NCBI GenBank assembly: GCA_018062625.1
Contig: JAGORV010000006.1
Span: 1 to 60,413 of the forward strand
Source of the DNA: Candidatus Woesebacteria bacterium
GTDB lineage: Bacteria; Patescibacteriota; Microgenomatia; UBA10105; UBA927
Direction: 5' to 3'
Length of the DNA: 60,413 nt
Translations under genes and position numbers: made by a program
Shown: piece by piece, positions 16,982 to 26,726 of the stretch
How the letters are laid out: each line of letters starts with the position of its first letter
How positions within the stretch are numbered: the stretch's first letter is position 1
Notes under the pieces: generated by a model
What the model saw: only the letters and a program-made list of their open reading frames with translations
Told to the model about the DNA's origin: nothing
Databases searched by the model: none

Positions 16982-17845
16982 ATGGCTGTAGATCTAAAAA
17001 CCGCTCACAAGCAATTCGTCGAACATCTTGAATCTCGCAGACGTGCTCGTGCAACTATCGTAGCATATAGCAAAGATATCGAGCAGTTGGTCTCTTTCCT
17101 TGGAAATACTGGTAAAAAAGACATTACTGAGATCAAAAGCGAAGAGCTTGCGGCTTTCTTAAAGAAACTTGCTTCAGACAATTACACCCCAAAATCCGTG
17201 TCACGCAAGATCAATTCCATGAAGACCTTTTACCGATTCTTAAAGGCTTCAGGTATTGTCACTCTCGATCCAGCGGCTGATATCGATCATCCAAAATATG
17301 AGGTCAAACCACCGCGAATATTATCTAAACTTGAATATCGAGCGCTTCGTGATGCATGTCGAGGTGATTTGCGCACATATGCCATAGTAGAGCTTTTCCT
17401 CCAAACTGGTATTCGTATCGGAGAACTAGCAAATCTTATGGTATCTGACATGCTCGATACTGAGTTGCACATATCTTCACAAGAGGGTCATGAAGAACGA
17501 AATGTACCACTCAATCATGCGGCAAAAGATGCGCTTGCATCATGGATGAAAATTCGTGGCACAAGCAGCACCAAATCAGATGCACTTTTTATCACAAAGA
17601 CCGGTAGACCACTCCTTATTCGAAATATCCGTACAGCCATTGATCGATTCTTCAAAGTTGCGGGTATTGAAGATGCAAAAGTAAATGATTTGCGTCATAC
17701 ATTTATCGCCCATCACCTTATGGCGGGAACTGCTATCACCACAATTAGCAAATTAGTGGGACACAAGCGCTTGTCTACTACAGAGAAATATCTGGAGTTT
17801 ATCAAAGACAAACACGTCGAACACATCAAGCTTGACGAGCTGTAA
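16982..17845 (+). CDS. XerC/XerD-like tyrosine recombinase with a partly degenerate active site
   Basis: SAM-like N-domain, TGIRIGEL, NDLRHTF, LVGHKRLSTTEKY. Confidence 0.88.
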   Translation: MAVDLKTAHKQFVEHLESRRRARATIVAYSKDIEQLVSFLGNTGKKDITEIKSEELAAFLKKLASDNYTPKSVSRKINSMKTFYRFLKASGIVTLDPAADIDHPKYEVKPPRILSKLEYRALRDACRGDLRTYAIVELFLQTGIRIGELANLMVSDMLDTELHISSQEGHEERNVPLNHAAKDALASWMKIRGTSSTKSDALFITKTGRPLLIRNIRTAIDRFFKVAGIEDAKVNDLRHTFIAHHLMAGTAITTISKLVGHKRLSTTEKYLEFIKDKHVEHIKLDEL

Positions 17846-17883
17846 ACATTGCTCCACATCTTGTTCTCATCTACAATTATTCC

Positions 17884-20079
17884 ATGGACAAGAATTTCCA
17901 ACCAAAACTCGTTGAAGATGCCATATATAAAATGTGGGAATCTGGTGGATATTTTGCGCCAACAAAAACTGACAAGAAAGACTTACCCAAAGGTAGAAAG
18001 CCGTTCTCCATCCTCCTCCCCCCTCCAAACGCAAACGCAGATTTACATGTAGGACATGCCATGTACGTTGTGGAAGATATCATGGTGCGATTTCATCGTA
18101 TGATGGGTGATCCTACCCTTTGGCTTCCCGGAGCAGATCATGCAGGATTTGAAACACAGTTTGTGTATGAAAAACATTTAGCCAAACAAGGCAAAAGTCG
18201 CTTCGACTTTGATCGAGAAACGCTCTATAAAGATATTTGGAACTTTGTACACGAAAACCGCGGTAAAATGGAAAATCAACTTCGAAGACTTGGGTTTTCT
18301 CTTGATTGGAGTAGAAACATATTTACCCTCGATCCTCACGTGGTTAACACGGTGTATGGATTATTTAAACAACTTTTTGACGAAGGTCTCGTCTATCGAA
18401 ACAATCGACTCGTCAATTACTGTACGAAAGACGGTACAGGGTTTTCTGATTTAGAAGTTCTTTATGTTGAAAGGGTAGATCCACTTTACTACCTAAAATA
18501 TGGTCCATTTACCATCGCCACCGTTCGTCCAGAAACTAAATTTAGAGACACCGCACTAGCCGTCAACCCCAAGGATAAACGATATAAGAAGTACATTGGT
18601 CAGTCTATGGAGATTATGGGGCTTCTAGGGCCTATTACAATGACTGTAATACCCGATCCAAATGTGGACCCGAAGTTTGGAACAGGAATCATGAAAGTGA
18701 CCCCAGCACATGATCCTCATGATTTTGAATTAGGACAAAAATTTAATCTCCCTGTCACTCCGATTATCGATTTTCGAGGGAAGATGGACTTCTCGTGGTT
18801 TTTGGCAAAACCAAACATCAATCCCAAATACAAAGAGCGGGCAGAAAAATATCATGGCAAAAAAGTGGCAGTGGCTCGAGCGCTGATGGTAGAAGATCTC
18901 AAAGCCGATGGCTTACTCGTAAAAACAGACGAAAATTATACCCATCGCGTCGGCACATGCTGGAAATGTGGCACCGTTATAGAACCACTTCCCCTTGAGC
19001 AGTGGTATGTAAAGGTTGCGCCCTTAGCTAGCGATGCCCAAAAAGCTATAAAGGCCAAAAAAGTTGCGTTCGTTCCAAAACGATTTGAGAAGCGTGCTTT
19101 ACAGTGGCTTACCGACTTTCATGATTGGAACATCAGCCGTCAAAACGTATGGGGAATCAGAATCCCTGCTTGGAAATGTGCCGCATGCGACAAATGGACT
19201 GTCACAAATGGTGAGACACCAAAAAATTGTCAGCACTGTAGCGGCGATACGCTAACCCAAGACACAGATACCTTTGATACATGGTTTTCCTCAGGACAAT
19301 GGCCGTATGCAACCCTAAATGCCACTGGAAAAGACGACTTTGACTATTTCTATCCCACCTCTGTCATGGAGACAGGATACGACATTCTCCCATGGTGGGT
19401 TTGCCGCATGCTTATGTTGGGTATTCACCAAACGGGAAAAGTTCCATTTGAAACTGTATATCTCCACGGACTTGTTCGAGACGCAAAAGGTCAAAAGATG
19501 AGCAAGTCTAAAGGCAACGTTATAAATCCACTACAAATGATTGACCTCTATGGAGCCGATGCACTACGTATGGCACTTATATTTGGTGCAGGAGCTGGAA
19601 ACGATCAAGCACTTTCTGAAGATAAAATTCGGGGTATGCGAAACTTCGCTAATAAACTCTGGAACATTGCGCGATTTATTCTCATGAACTTTGATAATGC
19701 TGGCAAATCGATACCATTCTATGACGAACAGATGAAAAAAGAACTTATCAATGCTGACGATAAAAAAATTATTTCAGAGCTAAACACACTTATTGCGGGA
19801 GCAACTCGAAATATGGAGAAATATAATTTCTCAGATGCAGCACAAAAAATATATGAATTTGCTTGGCACATACTTGCTGATGTGCATTTGGAAAAAAATA
19901 AAGAACGATTTCAGTCGGGTGATGTTCAAGCCCTCGCGGTCTTGCGACACACATATTTAATTATCCTCAGACTTCTCCACCCATTTATGCCTTTTGTCAC
20001 TGAAGAAATTTGGAGTAAACTTCCAAGAAAATATTCAGAGCCTCTGATTATTTCATCATGGCCAACATCAAAATCCTGA
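17884..20079 (+). CDS. valS: Valine--tRNA ligase, lacking the C-terminal coiled-coil arm
   Basis: PPPNANADLHVGH, GADHAG, ATVRPET, GTGIMKVTPAHD, WNISRQ, DTWFSS, KMSKS; ends after LHPFMPFVTEEIW. Confidence 0.96.
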   Translation: MDKNFQPKLVEDAIYKMWESGGYFAPTKTDKKDLPKGRKPFSILLPPPNANADLHVGHAMYVVEDIMVRFHRMMGDPTLWLPGADHAGFETQFVYEKHLAKQGKSRFDFDRETLYKDIWNFVHENRGKMENQLRRLGFSLDWSRNIFTLDPHVVNTVYGLFKQLFDEGLVYRNNRLVNYCTKDGTGFSDLEVLYVERVDPLYYLKYGPFTIATVRPETKFRDTALAVNPKDKRYKKYIGQSMEIMGLLGPITMTVIPDPNVDPKFGTGIMKVTPAHDPHDFELGQKFNLPVTPIIDFRGKMDFSWFLAKPNINPKYKERAEKYHGKKVAVARALMVEDLKADGLLVKTDENYTHRVGTCWKCGTVIEPLPLEQWYVKVAPLASDAQKAIKAKKVAFVPKRFEKRALQWLTDFHDWNISRQNVWGIRIPAWKCAACDKWTVTNGETPKNCQHCSGDTLTQDTDTFDTWFSSGQWPYATLNATGKDDFDYFYPTSVMETGYDILPWWVCRMLMLGIHQTGKVPFETVYLHGLVRDAKGQKMSKSKGNVINPLQMIDLYGADALRMALIFGAGAGNDQALSEDKIRGMRNFANKLWNIARFILMNFDNAGKSIPFYDEQMKKELINADDKKIISELNTLIAGATRNMEKYNFSDAAQKIYEFAWHILADVHLEKNKERFQSGDVQALAVLRHTYLIILRLLHPFMPFVTEEIWSKLPRKYSEPLIISSWPTSKS

Positions 20080-21012
20080 GCTTGTAGCGGTTGCCGGTGT
20101 AGAGGTTGCCACTGGTGTAATGGTTGATGTAAATGAGGCGATTATTTTATCAAACAATACCTCGTCTGCTGCAAAGTCACTCGTAATTCCTACGGGTGCA
20201 AAATGATTAAATTCAACAGAAATCGTATCTGTAACTGGAACTAGTACTCCGCGCATTTTTGTAAAACTATAACCCCCACCAGTTCTTCCTGCAAAATCAC
20301 CAACATATTCATACACACTTTTACCTCCAACGATTGATTGTTTCATGACAAACTGACGGCCAGTTGCATCGGTGAGTATCGCTCCTCGAAAATCAGGAAG
20401 GGTAAATCCTTTCCCTCGAGCAGCTACAGTAAACCGGGTGCTACCTGTAAGGTTTGTTCCTTGAGATGGACAATTTGTTCCATCACATACGGGCGCAGTG
20501 ATTTCGGAAGGTAGCTGATACGAAACACCAGACATAACCTTTTTTGATGATCCACTCATGACCTGATACGTTACCCAACTTCCCTGAGGCTTTACAGCAG
20601 ATCCTGAAGCAGTTTTTATCGGAACAGAGGTTGGTGCATTTACGGTTTCAACAGGGGTGGTCTCAGGGTTTACTATCTCGGCGGGTGTTGCCAAAAACTC
20701 TCGTAACTGCAAGCTCAGCCACACCCCTAATCCAAATAGGATAACAAAAAATACTATATTCCCAAAAACTCTTCCCGCACTCCGCTTGGATGGCGTGTGT
20801 GGAATTCCTGGAATATGATTTTGAGGTGCAGGTTGATGTGTGGGGACTGGCGCTGGCTCTGGCGGTTTCGTGTGTATAGGCTCATTTGCCGCGTGCACAG
20901 ATTCTGCAATCGGCTCGATAATAGGCGTTTCCTCATACGTAAGCGTTGGTTTTGGCTGTGCGTCAGGAGGTGGAACTGTTGGTGCTTGTGAATCTAATGG
21001 TTTGTCTTCCAT
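20068..21012 (-). CDS. Single-pass membrane protein with Pro-rich N-terminus
   Basis: TM IVFFVILFGLGVWLSL; TACAAT 6 nt upstream. Confidence 0.75.
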   Translation of the reverse strand: MEDKPLDSQAPTVPPPDAQPKPTLTYEETPIIEPIAESVHAANEPIHTKPPEPAPVPTHQPAPQNHIPGIPHTPSKRSAGRVFGNIVFFVILFGLGVWLSLQLREFLATPAEIVNPETTPVETVNAPTSVPIKTASGSAVKPQGSWVTYQVMSGSSKKVMSGVSYQLPSEITAPVCDGTNCPSQGTNLTGSTRFTVAARGKGFTLPDFRGAILTDATGRQFVMKQSIVGGKSVYEYVGDFAGRTGGGYSFTKMRGVLVPVTDTISVEFNHFAPVGITSDFAADEVLFDKIIASFTSTITPVATSTPATATSSGF

Positions 21013-21030
21013 GATGATATTGTATGCAGA

Positions 21031-22230
21031 TTATTTTCGAACAAACAAGATGGCATTCGGGATCCCTCGCCCAGGTCCCGCTTTGTATCCCCCACTCCAA
21101 AGTGCGGTTGAGCCACCACTATCTAAATTGAGCGCCCCTTCTAATCCTAAAGCCTTCAATACAATTGCCACCTCAGCAACTGTTGCATTGTGCACGACAC
21201 CAATATACGCAACAGATCCTTTATTACCCACAAAACTCCGATTCCCACGGCTTCCCTGCTTAGGATCACTACCCCCACCAAAGGCTATATTACCACCAGA
21301 AAGTAAAAGTGGCTGATTTGCTATAACACCATCTATCCCCGTGTCTCTTCCCCAATCGAGCGATCTTCCCACAAATCTCATGGATCCACCCATAAATATC
21401 ACTGCTGGAACAGTGCTATACACATTGTTATCGGAATTGAAATACGTTTTATTTTTATTCATAAGCAACGTATCAAATGAATTTTTCTTATCTGCACAGC
21501 TTGGATAATCTGCAGGACAAAAATATGATCCGTTTATTCCTGCAAATGCACCACTTCTGGACACGTAGTCCCCCAATGACAACACAGGGCAATCACGTGT
21601 GCATGTTTCGTTTGAGGCAGTATCGACGATAACCTTAGTCGTTGCCATATCAGCGGCTACCATATCCACCAAAAACGAGGCTGAGTCGGTTTTGACAGAC
21701 TGTCTACTAAACCCTGAACTTGGTGGCGCATTACTTTCTGTTACGTTCTCCGGAATTACAAAAGTGGTTGCAATTTTCGCCTTCGTAGCTTCTATGTCAC
21801 TAGCTAGAGATTTGAGTTGCGCAGAAGCCGATACCCACTGGCGCTTGCTTAAGCTAGAGAGACTATCTGCAAACTCTTGCTCTAACTTTCCACTATCGCG
21901 ACTCACCGAACGCAAATCTAATAACAGCTCATACACCGACACGGCCTGTGCGTATGTAGTTTGCATATTGGTCATTTCCTCTGTGAGTTTGGCATTCTTC
22001 ACAAACTGATCTTCGTTTTTTAGATCAACGAGCTGACCAGAAAGCGACTGTGCCTCTACTTGAAGCTGTGACTTTTGCGACTCAAGCATCTTGGTTTTTC
22101 CTTGAATAACAAAAAATACAACAGCCACCATGACGCATACAGCCAACACACCAATAAAAACTAAAACTTGTCTAAAGAATAAAAAATGTCGTCTGGGAGT
22201 ATTTTGTATAAAAGAAGCAATGGGCTTCAT
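21031..22230 (-). CDS. Membrane-anchored coiled-coil protein with a phosphodiester glycosidase (NAGPA-like) domain
   Basis: AGINGSYF, GNRSFVG, ALNLDSGGSTAL, RGIPNAILF. Confidence 0.8.
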   Translation of the reverse strand: MKPIASFIQNTPRRHFLFFRQVLVFIGVLAVCVMVAVVFFVIQGKTKMLESQKSQLQVEAQSLSGQLVDLKNEDQFVKNAKLTEEMTNMQTTYAQAVSVYELLLDLRSVSRDSGKLEQEFADSLSSLSKRQWVSASAQLKSLASDIEATKAKIATTFVIPENVTESNAPPSSGFSRQSVKTDSASFLVDMVAADMATTKVIVDTASNETCTRDCPVLSLGDYVSRSGAFAGINGSYFCPADYPSCADKKNSFDTLLMNKNKTYFNSDNNVYSTVPAVIFMGGSMRFVGRSLDWGRDTGIDGVIANQPLLLSGGNIAFGGGSDPKQGSRGNRSFVGNKGSVAYIGVVHNATVAEVAIVLKALGLEGALNLDSGGSTALWSGGYKAGPGRGIPNAILFVRK

Positions 22231-22275
22231 ACTATATAGTGTATAGTATGCTTAGAACTTAGCAAGCTCAAGAGA

Positions 22276-22839
22276 CTATCCTCGTTCCAAATACGAATTT
22301 GTTTCTGGATCTACACCAATTATATCCCCAGTTTTGATAAAAAGCGGAACGGTGACAACGGCGCCAGTTTCTAATACTACCGTTTTTGTCGCTCCACTAA
22401 CTGTATTTCCTTTTGCCCCTTCATCAGCCTCAGAAACCTTTAACCAAACTTTTTTAGGAAATCGTAAGCCAACAGCATCTTCATCGAGCATAAGTACCTG
22501 ATATGAATCATTGGGCTTTAGGTATTTTATAAAATCCCCAATCATTATCGAGGAGATTGTACATTGCTCATAGGAAAAATTATCCATAAATACATGGTCA
22601 TCGCCCTCTTTGTAGAGATATTGCATCTCCCGAGTCAAGATTGGTAATTCCTCTGCAGATTCGCCTGATTTGAATGTAAACTCCTGTACTTTTCCAGATT
22701 TCAAGCTTTTAAGCTTGGTACGTACAAATGCTGAACCCTTTCCAGGGTTCACGAATTGCATATCGGTGATCAGATGTGGATCATCTTTAAACTCGATAAA
22801 CATGCCTTTTTTAAATTGTGCTGTAGTTATGGTGGACAT
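22276..22839 (-). CDS. efp: Elongation factor P
   Basis: FVNPGKGSAFVRTKLK, ETGAVVTVPLFI. Confidence 0.96.
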   Translation of the reverse strand: MSTITTAQFKKGMFIEFKDDPHLITDMQFVNPGKGSAFVRTKLKSLKSGKVQEFTFKSGESAEELPILTREMQYLYKEGDDHVFMDNFSYEQCTISSIMIGDFIKYLKPNDSYQVLMLDEDAVGLRFPKKVWLKVSEADEGAKGNTVSGATKTVVLETGAVVTVPLFIKTGDIIGVDPETNSYLERG

Positions 22840-22903
22840 AAAAAAAATCCCTCTGGGACCTATATAATTATCTCACATATGGCCTTCCTCTGGCAAATAA
22901 TTA

Positions 22904-23362
22904 CTATAATTCAAACTTGATAACCTTCCTCCCAAATTTCCCTCCACGACTCTCATAAAACGCGTGTGCTTTGGTCAAGGGTAAACTAGAAGTAAGCTCA
23001 ATGACATGTATACCAATGCTTTTTGCATACATTTTTATGTGCTCAAGCATCATCGTTCCGATGCCTTCTCCTCGATGATTTTTTTCAACTATAAAATCGT
23101 CAATATGAGCAAAAGGTCGACCGCTCATAAAATCAATTAGAATGAAAAAAGTAGCAACTCCAAGAATTTTTCCTTCGTCCTCAACGAGGAATATCAAACG
23201 ATCTTCACGCTTTATGGCTGCGTGATAATTCTCCCTCCCAAGCTCCAAGACTCGTGTATTATCAGGATCAAAATGCACAAATTCATTAATTATTTCTCCT
23301 AATTGGTTTAACAAACCAAGTACTTGTTCACAATCAGAATCTGTTGCCAATCTCACAATCAT
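22904..23362 (-). CDS. GNAT family N-acetyltransferase
   Basis: IDDFIVEKNHRGEGIG, AHAFYESRG. Confidence 0.9.
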   Translation of the reverse strand: MIVRLATDSDCEQVLGLLNQLGEIINEFVHFDPDNTRVLELGRENYHAAIKREDRLIFLVEDEGKILGVATFFILIDFMSGRPFAHIDDFIVEKNHRGEGIGTMMLEHIKMYAKSIGIHVIELTSSLPLTKAHAFYESRGGKFGRKVIKFEL

Positions 23363-23364
23363 AA

Positions 23365-24429
23365 TTATATAAACAACTCTTCCACGGGAAAAAATAAAGT
23401 ATCTTGAATTTTTTTAGTATCAGCAAATAACATAACCAGACGATCGACGCCAACTGCTATACCACTACAATCGGGTAATCCCTCCTTCAGCGCTTCAATA
23501 AAATCATGATCATAGTCATATACTGTTTTACCGCTTCTACGAATCTCAGCGAGCTCAACCTCAAATCGATTTTGCTGTTCCTTCCAGTCGGTAAGCTCAC
23601 TATAACAATCACCTAATTCCAATCCTTCTATATAATATTCAAATCGTTCTGCAACCCGCGGATCCGATGCTTTTTTTCGAGCAAGCGCACCCATACTCGC
23701 TGGGAATTCATACAGAATCGTTGGCTTACCCTTGCCCAAATTTGGCTCAATTTCATTCAGAAAAATCTGATTATATAACTCTTCCCATGTCGTGTTTGCT
23801 TCCACAGAATATCCTTTACTTTGAGCTATTCTTCGAGCACTCGCCTCATCCAGAAACTCATCGAAATTCACTTTTGCCCATTTTTCAAACGCCTGTGACA
23901 CTGTTAATCTTTCCCATGGAGCAGATAAGTCCACTTGTTTACCTTGATATTTTAGTACATGAGTATTTTTCGCTCTATTTTCCTCAATGGACCGCAATAA
24001 ATACGTATTTATAAATAACAAAAGTTCTTCACAATCTTTCATGATCTCCTTGTAGTCTGCCCCTACTCGATACCACTCGAGAATCGTAAATTCTGGATTA
24101 TGTGTATTGCTTTGTGTCTCCATATTTCGAAAGCTTTTGGTAATACTGAAGCAATCTCCTAACCCCGCTACCATCAATTTTTTCAAAGGGACCTCAGGAG
24201 ATGTAGAAAGATACGCCTTATATGGCTGTCTATTTCTATCTAACAACGTCGTCTCGAAAACGTCCAAATAACTTTCTGCAGGAGGCCTTGCTATGAGAAT
24301 TGGTGTTTCAATTTCATGGAAAGCGCGGTTGAAAAAAAAGGTTCGTATAGCGGTGAGCACTTTTTCTCGAATGAAGTATCGACGCCAAAGCGTTGGATTT
24401 GCTTTTAATTTACGCCAGTTGGTCATCAT
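23365..24429 (-). CDS. epmA: EF-P lysine aminoacylase EpmA/GenX
   Basis: EIETP, STSPEVPLKKL, FRNME..HNPEFTILEWYR, ERFEYYIEGLEL, GIAVGVDRL; no anticodon domain; adjacent to efp. Confidence 0.92.
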   Translation of the reverse strand: MMTNWRKLKANPTLWRRYFIREKVLTAIRTFFFNRAFHEIETPILIARPPAESYLDVFETTLLDRNRQPYKAYLSTSPEVPLKKLMVAGLGDCFSITKSFRNMETQSNTHNPEFTILEWYRVGADYKEIMKDCEELLLFINTYLLRSIEENRAKNTHVLKYQGKQVDLSAPWERLTVSQAFEKWAKVNFDEFLDEASARRIAQSKGYSVEANTTWEELYNQIFLNEIEPNLGKGKPTILYEFPASMGALARKKASDPRVAERFEYYIEGLELGDCYSELTDWKEQQNRFEVELAEIRRSGKTVYDYDHDFIEALKEGLPDCSGIAVGVDRLVMLFADTKKIQDTLFFPVEELFI

Positions 24430-24680
24430 TTCTTTCGGTGATGAGTGGGCTTCGTTACTCTATTATCTTGAATTTTTACTACAGTGAACAAATAAATAAT
24501 CTCCACAATACCAGCGGTGTGCACCAGTAAAAACCAAATAAACCACCCAGAGTTCCCTCGTCGTGCAGCATGCCACAGGGCAAGTCCCGTCCAAACAGCA
24601 GACCACATAAACAAAAACAAAATACCCATGGGTAAAAAATCAAATCCCCTACTGTTTCCTAAATACCATGGTAAATGCAT
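24426..24680 (-). CDS. Small membrane protein, DUF5652-like
   Basis: WTGLALWHAARRGNSGWFIWFLLVHTAGIVEIIYL (recalled family pattern). Confidence 0.8.
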   Translation of the reverse strand: MHLPWYLGNSRGFDFLPMGILFLFMWSAVWTGLALWHAARRGNSGWFIWFLLVHTAGIVEIIYLFTVVKIQDNRVTKPTHHRKK

Positions 24681-24714
24681 ATGTAACCCCCTTATGATGA
24701 AGCGTACCGAGAAA

Positions 24715-25362
24715 TTAGAGGAATTTCAATACCTTAGCCTTTTGACGTACCTCCGCAAACCATGTTTGCAACTTCTCGTTCACAATAGAAGTTTTTATCG
24801 CTTGTGTCGCTTCTTGCTTTAGTTTCGCGGGCTCCGTTGCTACTAATGTAGCGGTATTTGTAGCGATATATTGCTGTACATCGGCTTCGGTAATAACAAG
24901 ATCTTTCGTAAGTAATTTTTCAACTAGCAATTGCAATTTAAGTTGATTGATAAAATCCGCTTTTGTAAGTCCCTGAAACTTCAGTAAGTCATCAAGTTTT
25001 ACATCGGCACCTAAACTACCCAAGACCTCTTGCTGTTTAGCTTCAACGTCTTGCTGTGTCACCGTGATCCCAGAAGATCTTGCTTGATCTGCGATTAACT
25101 GCTCGCCTATCATACCTTCAAGTGTCTGTTGACCAAATCTATTTCGCATAGCACTGTTTAGCTGCCATGTGTAAATCGGTTTACCATTCACTACCGCTGC
25201 TATGATCAATCCTTTATTCGCTGCAAGTAGTCCGATAAATAACAAAACTAGTATGCCAACCACTATCTTCCAATTCATTTTTTGATTCCTTTTGTTCTGA
25301 GGAGCTTCAATATATGTAGGAGGCAGTTCCACTTGTTTGGACTCAATTTTTCGCTTAACCAT
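24715..25362 (-). CDS. SurA/PrsA N-terminal-domain chaperone (no PPIase domain)
   Basis: TM, AAVVNGKPI, LEGMIGEQLIADQA. Confidence 0.8.
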   Translation of the reverse strand: MVKRKIESKQVELPPTYIEAPQNKRNQKMNWKIVVGILVLLFIGLLAANKGLIIAAVVNGKPIYTWQLNSAMRNRFGQQTLEGMIGEQLIADQARSSGITVTQQDVEAKQQEVLGSLGADVKLDDLLKFQGLTKADFINQLKLQLLVEKLLTKDLVITEADVQQYIATNTATLVATEPAKLKQEATQAIKTSIVNEKLQTWFAEVRQKAKVLKFL

Positions 25363-25400
25363 AGTTGAACAATATCATAAACGTTGTTTGCATTCAAGAA

Positions 25401-25420
25401 GAACATATACAAATATGTTC
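25401..25420. promoter_or_regulatory. Perfect 8-4-8 palindrome in a divergent intergenic region; possible regulator site
   Basis: GAACATAT-ACAA-ATATGTTC. Confidence 0.5.
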
Positions 25421-25499
25421 CATAGGTCCAACATACACTTGCGACATAATTTATGATACCGTAGACTCAATAACTACCACTGCCTAGATAGTAATAGAC

Positions 25500-26024
25500 A
25501 TGAAAATTCAATTAACGCACTATACCCGATTTATCCCCGCAAAGGCCGTTCGCGCGTCAATCGAGGGGTGGATAAAGCTTGGTTTATGGGGTAGCATCAT
25601 TATTTTACTCGTATTAAATGTGACTATACGATTCGATCAACTTCCCATTATTCAAATTACCAACTCAATCCATAGTCATGTATCATATGCTGGAATGCTT
25701 TGGAGGCAAGGCCAAGTAAGCCTAGCAAAAGATGAGCTATTAAAAATAAATACATTTCGAAACACAAATGTATTGGGAGAAACTACCAACGAGCCATCTC
25801 CTCTATCCGCTTGGCAGAAAAAAAACGATGCATTGCAGAATCAACTTACCTATTGGGAATCCATCGCTTCAAATCATCCCGAATATCGAGATGCCTATCT
25901 TGCTATGGCGCAACTTGGATACGTACTAAATAATCCCAAGATGGTTTCTGAAAACATTAGAAAAGCGGCACTGCTAGATCCCAATGGAACTACTATAAAA
26001 ATATTTGAAAATCTTGCGAAGTAA
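25500..26024 (+). CDS. Membrane-anchored protein with a C-terminal TPR-like repeat
   Basis: TM, HPEYRDAYLAMAQLGY...AALLDPN. Confidence 0.7.
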   Translation: MKIQLTHYTRFIPAKAVRASIEGWIKLGLWGSIIILLVLNVTIRFDQLPIIQITNSIHSHVSYAGMLWRQGQVSLAKDELLKINTFRNTNVLGETTNEPSPLSAWQKKNDALQNQLTYWESIASNHPEYRDAYLAMAQLGYVLNNPKMVSENIRKAALLDPNGTTIKIFENLAK

Positions 26025-26027
26025 ACT

Positions 26028-26726
26028 TTACTCCTTCTTTTCTTTTTCTTCTGAGGATTTATCTGTAGCTTGTGCTTCTGCAGGTTTATCTGTTGCTTGA
26101 GCTTCTGCGGCTTCTGTTGTCGCAGTTTCAGCAGCTGCCTCTTCTGCTGCTGCCTGCTCTTCTGCTGCTTTACTTACCAATGCTCCAACCTTTACCACAA
26201 TAACTTCTGGCTCAGTCAGAACAGTAACTCCCTGAGGAACTTTCAAGTCACTCACTTTAAGCTCTTGATCTACCTCAGCTAATCCAGTCACGTCTACTTC
26301 AATCTTTTCTGGCAACTCTGCAGGTAATGCTTCGACTTCAACTTCTGTAGAAATAGTGAGCAATACACCTTTCTTCTCAGAAACAGCCACTGAATCACCC
26401 ACCAACACTAATGGAACTTTCGTGTGTACTTTTTCCTTCAAATCAACTTGATAAAATTCAACATGAAGTAATTCAGAGGTCACTGCATGTTTTTGAACCG
26501 TATGGACCAAAACAGGACTCATCTGTGTACCAACTGTAAGCTCCACCAAGCCAGTTTCTCCGGCGGTAGCATACATTTTCAAAAACTCAGACGCATTTAT
26601 GGCGATACTTTCACTTTGTATTTTTTTGCCGTATACGGTGGCTGGTACGATACCCTTAGCTCGAAGGGTTTTTACCTTTCGACCAACGAGTTCTCTTTTC
26701 TGACCTTGCAATGTATATTTTTTCAT
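26028..26726 (-). CDS. rplY: 50S ribosomal protein L25/Ctc
   Basis: VPATVYG, LLHVEFY, KVPLVLVG, ALPAELPEKIEVD; acidic tail. Confidence 0.95.
   Translation of the reverse strand: MKKYTLQGQKRELVGRKVKTLRAKGIVPATVYGKKIQSESIAINASEFLKMYATAGETGLVELTVGTQMSPVLVHTVQKHAVTSELLHVEFYQVDLKEKVHTKVPLVLVGDSVAVSEKKGVLLTISTEVEVEALPAELPEKIEVDVTGLAEVDQELKVSDLKVPQGVTVLTEPEVIVVKVGALVSKAAEEQAAAEEAAAETATTEAAEAQATDKPAEAQATDKSSEEKEKKE
26058..26108 (-). repeat. 27-bp-period tandem duplication in the L25 tail
   Basis: AEAQATDKP/AEAQATDKS; 24-bp copies at 26058 and 26085 with 2 mismatches. Confidence 0.85.

Noticed and set aside
25436-25465. CATAA/TTATG resembling a dif site
   Set aside because: Only 1 nt separates the arms instead of the 6-bp core, and there is no XerD-arm match
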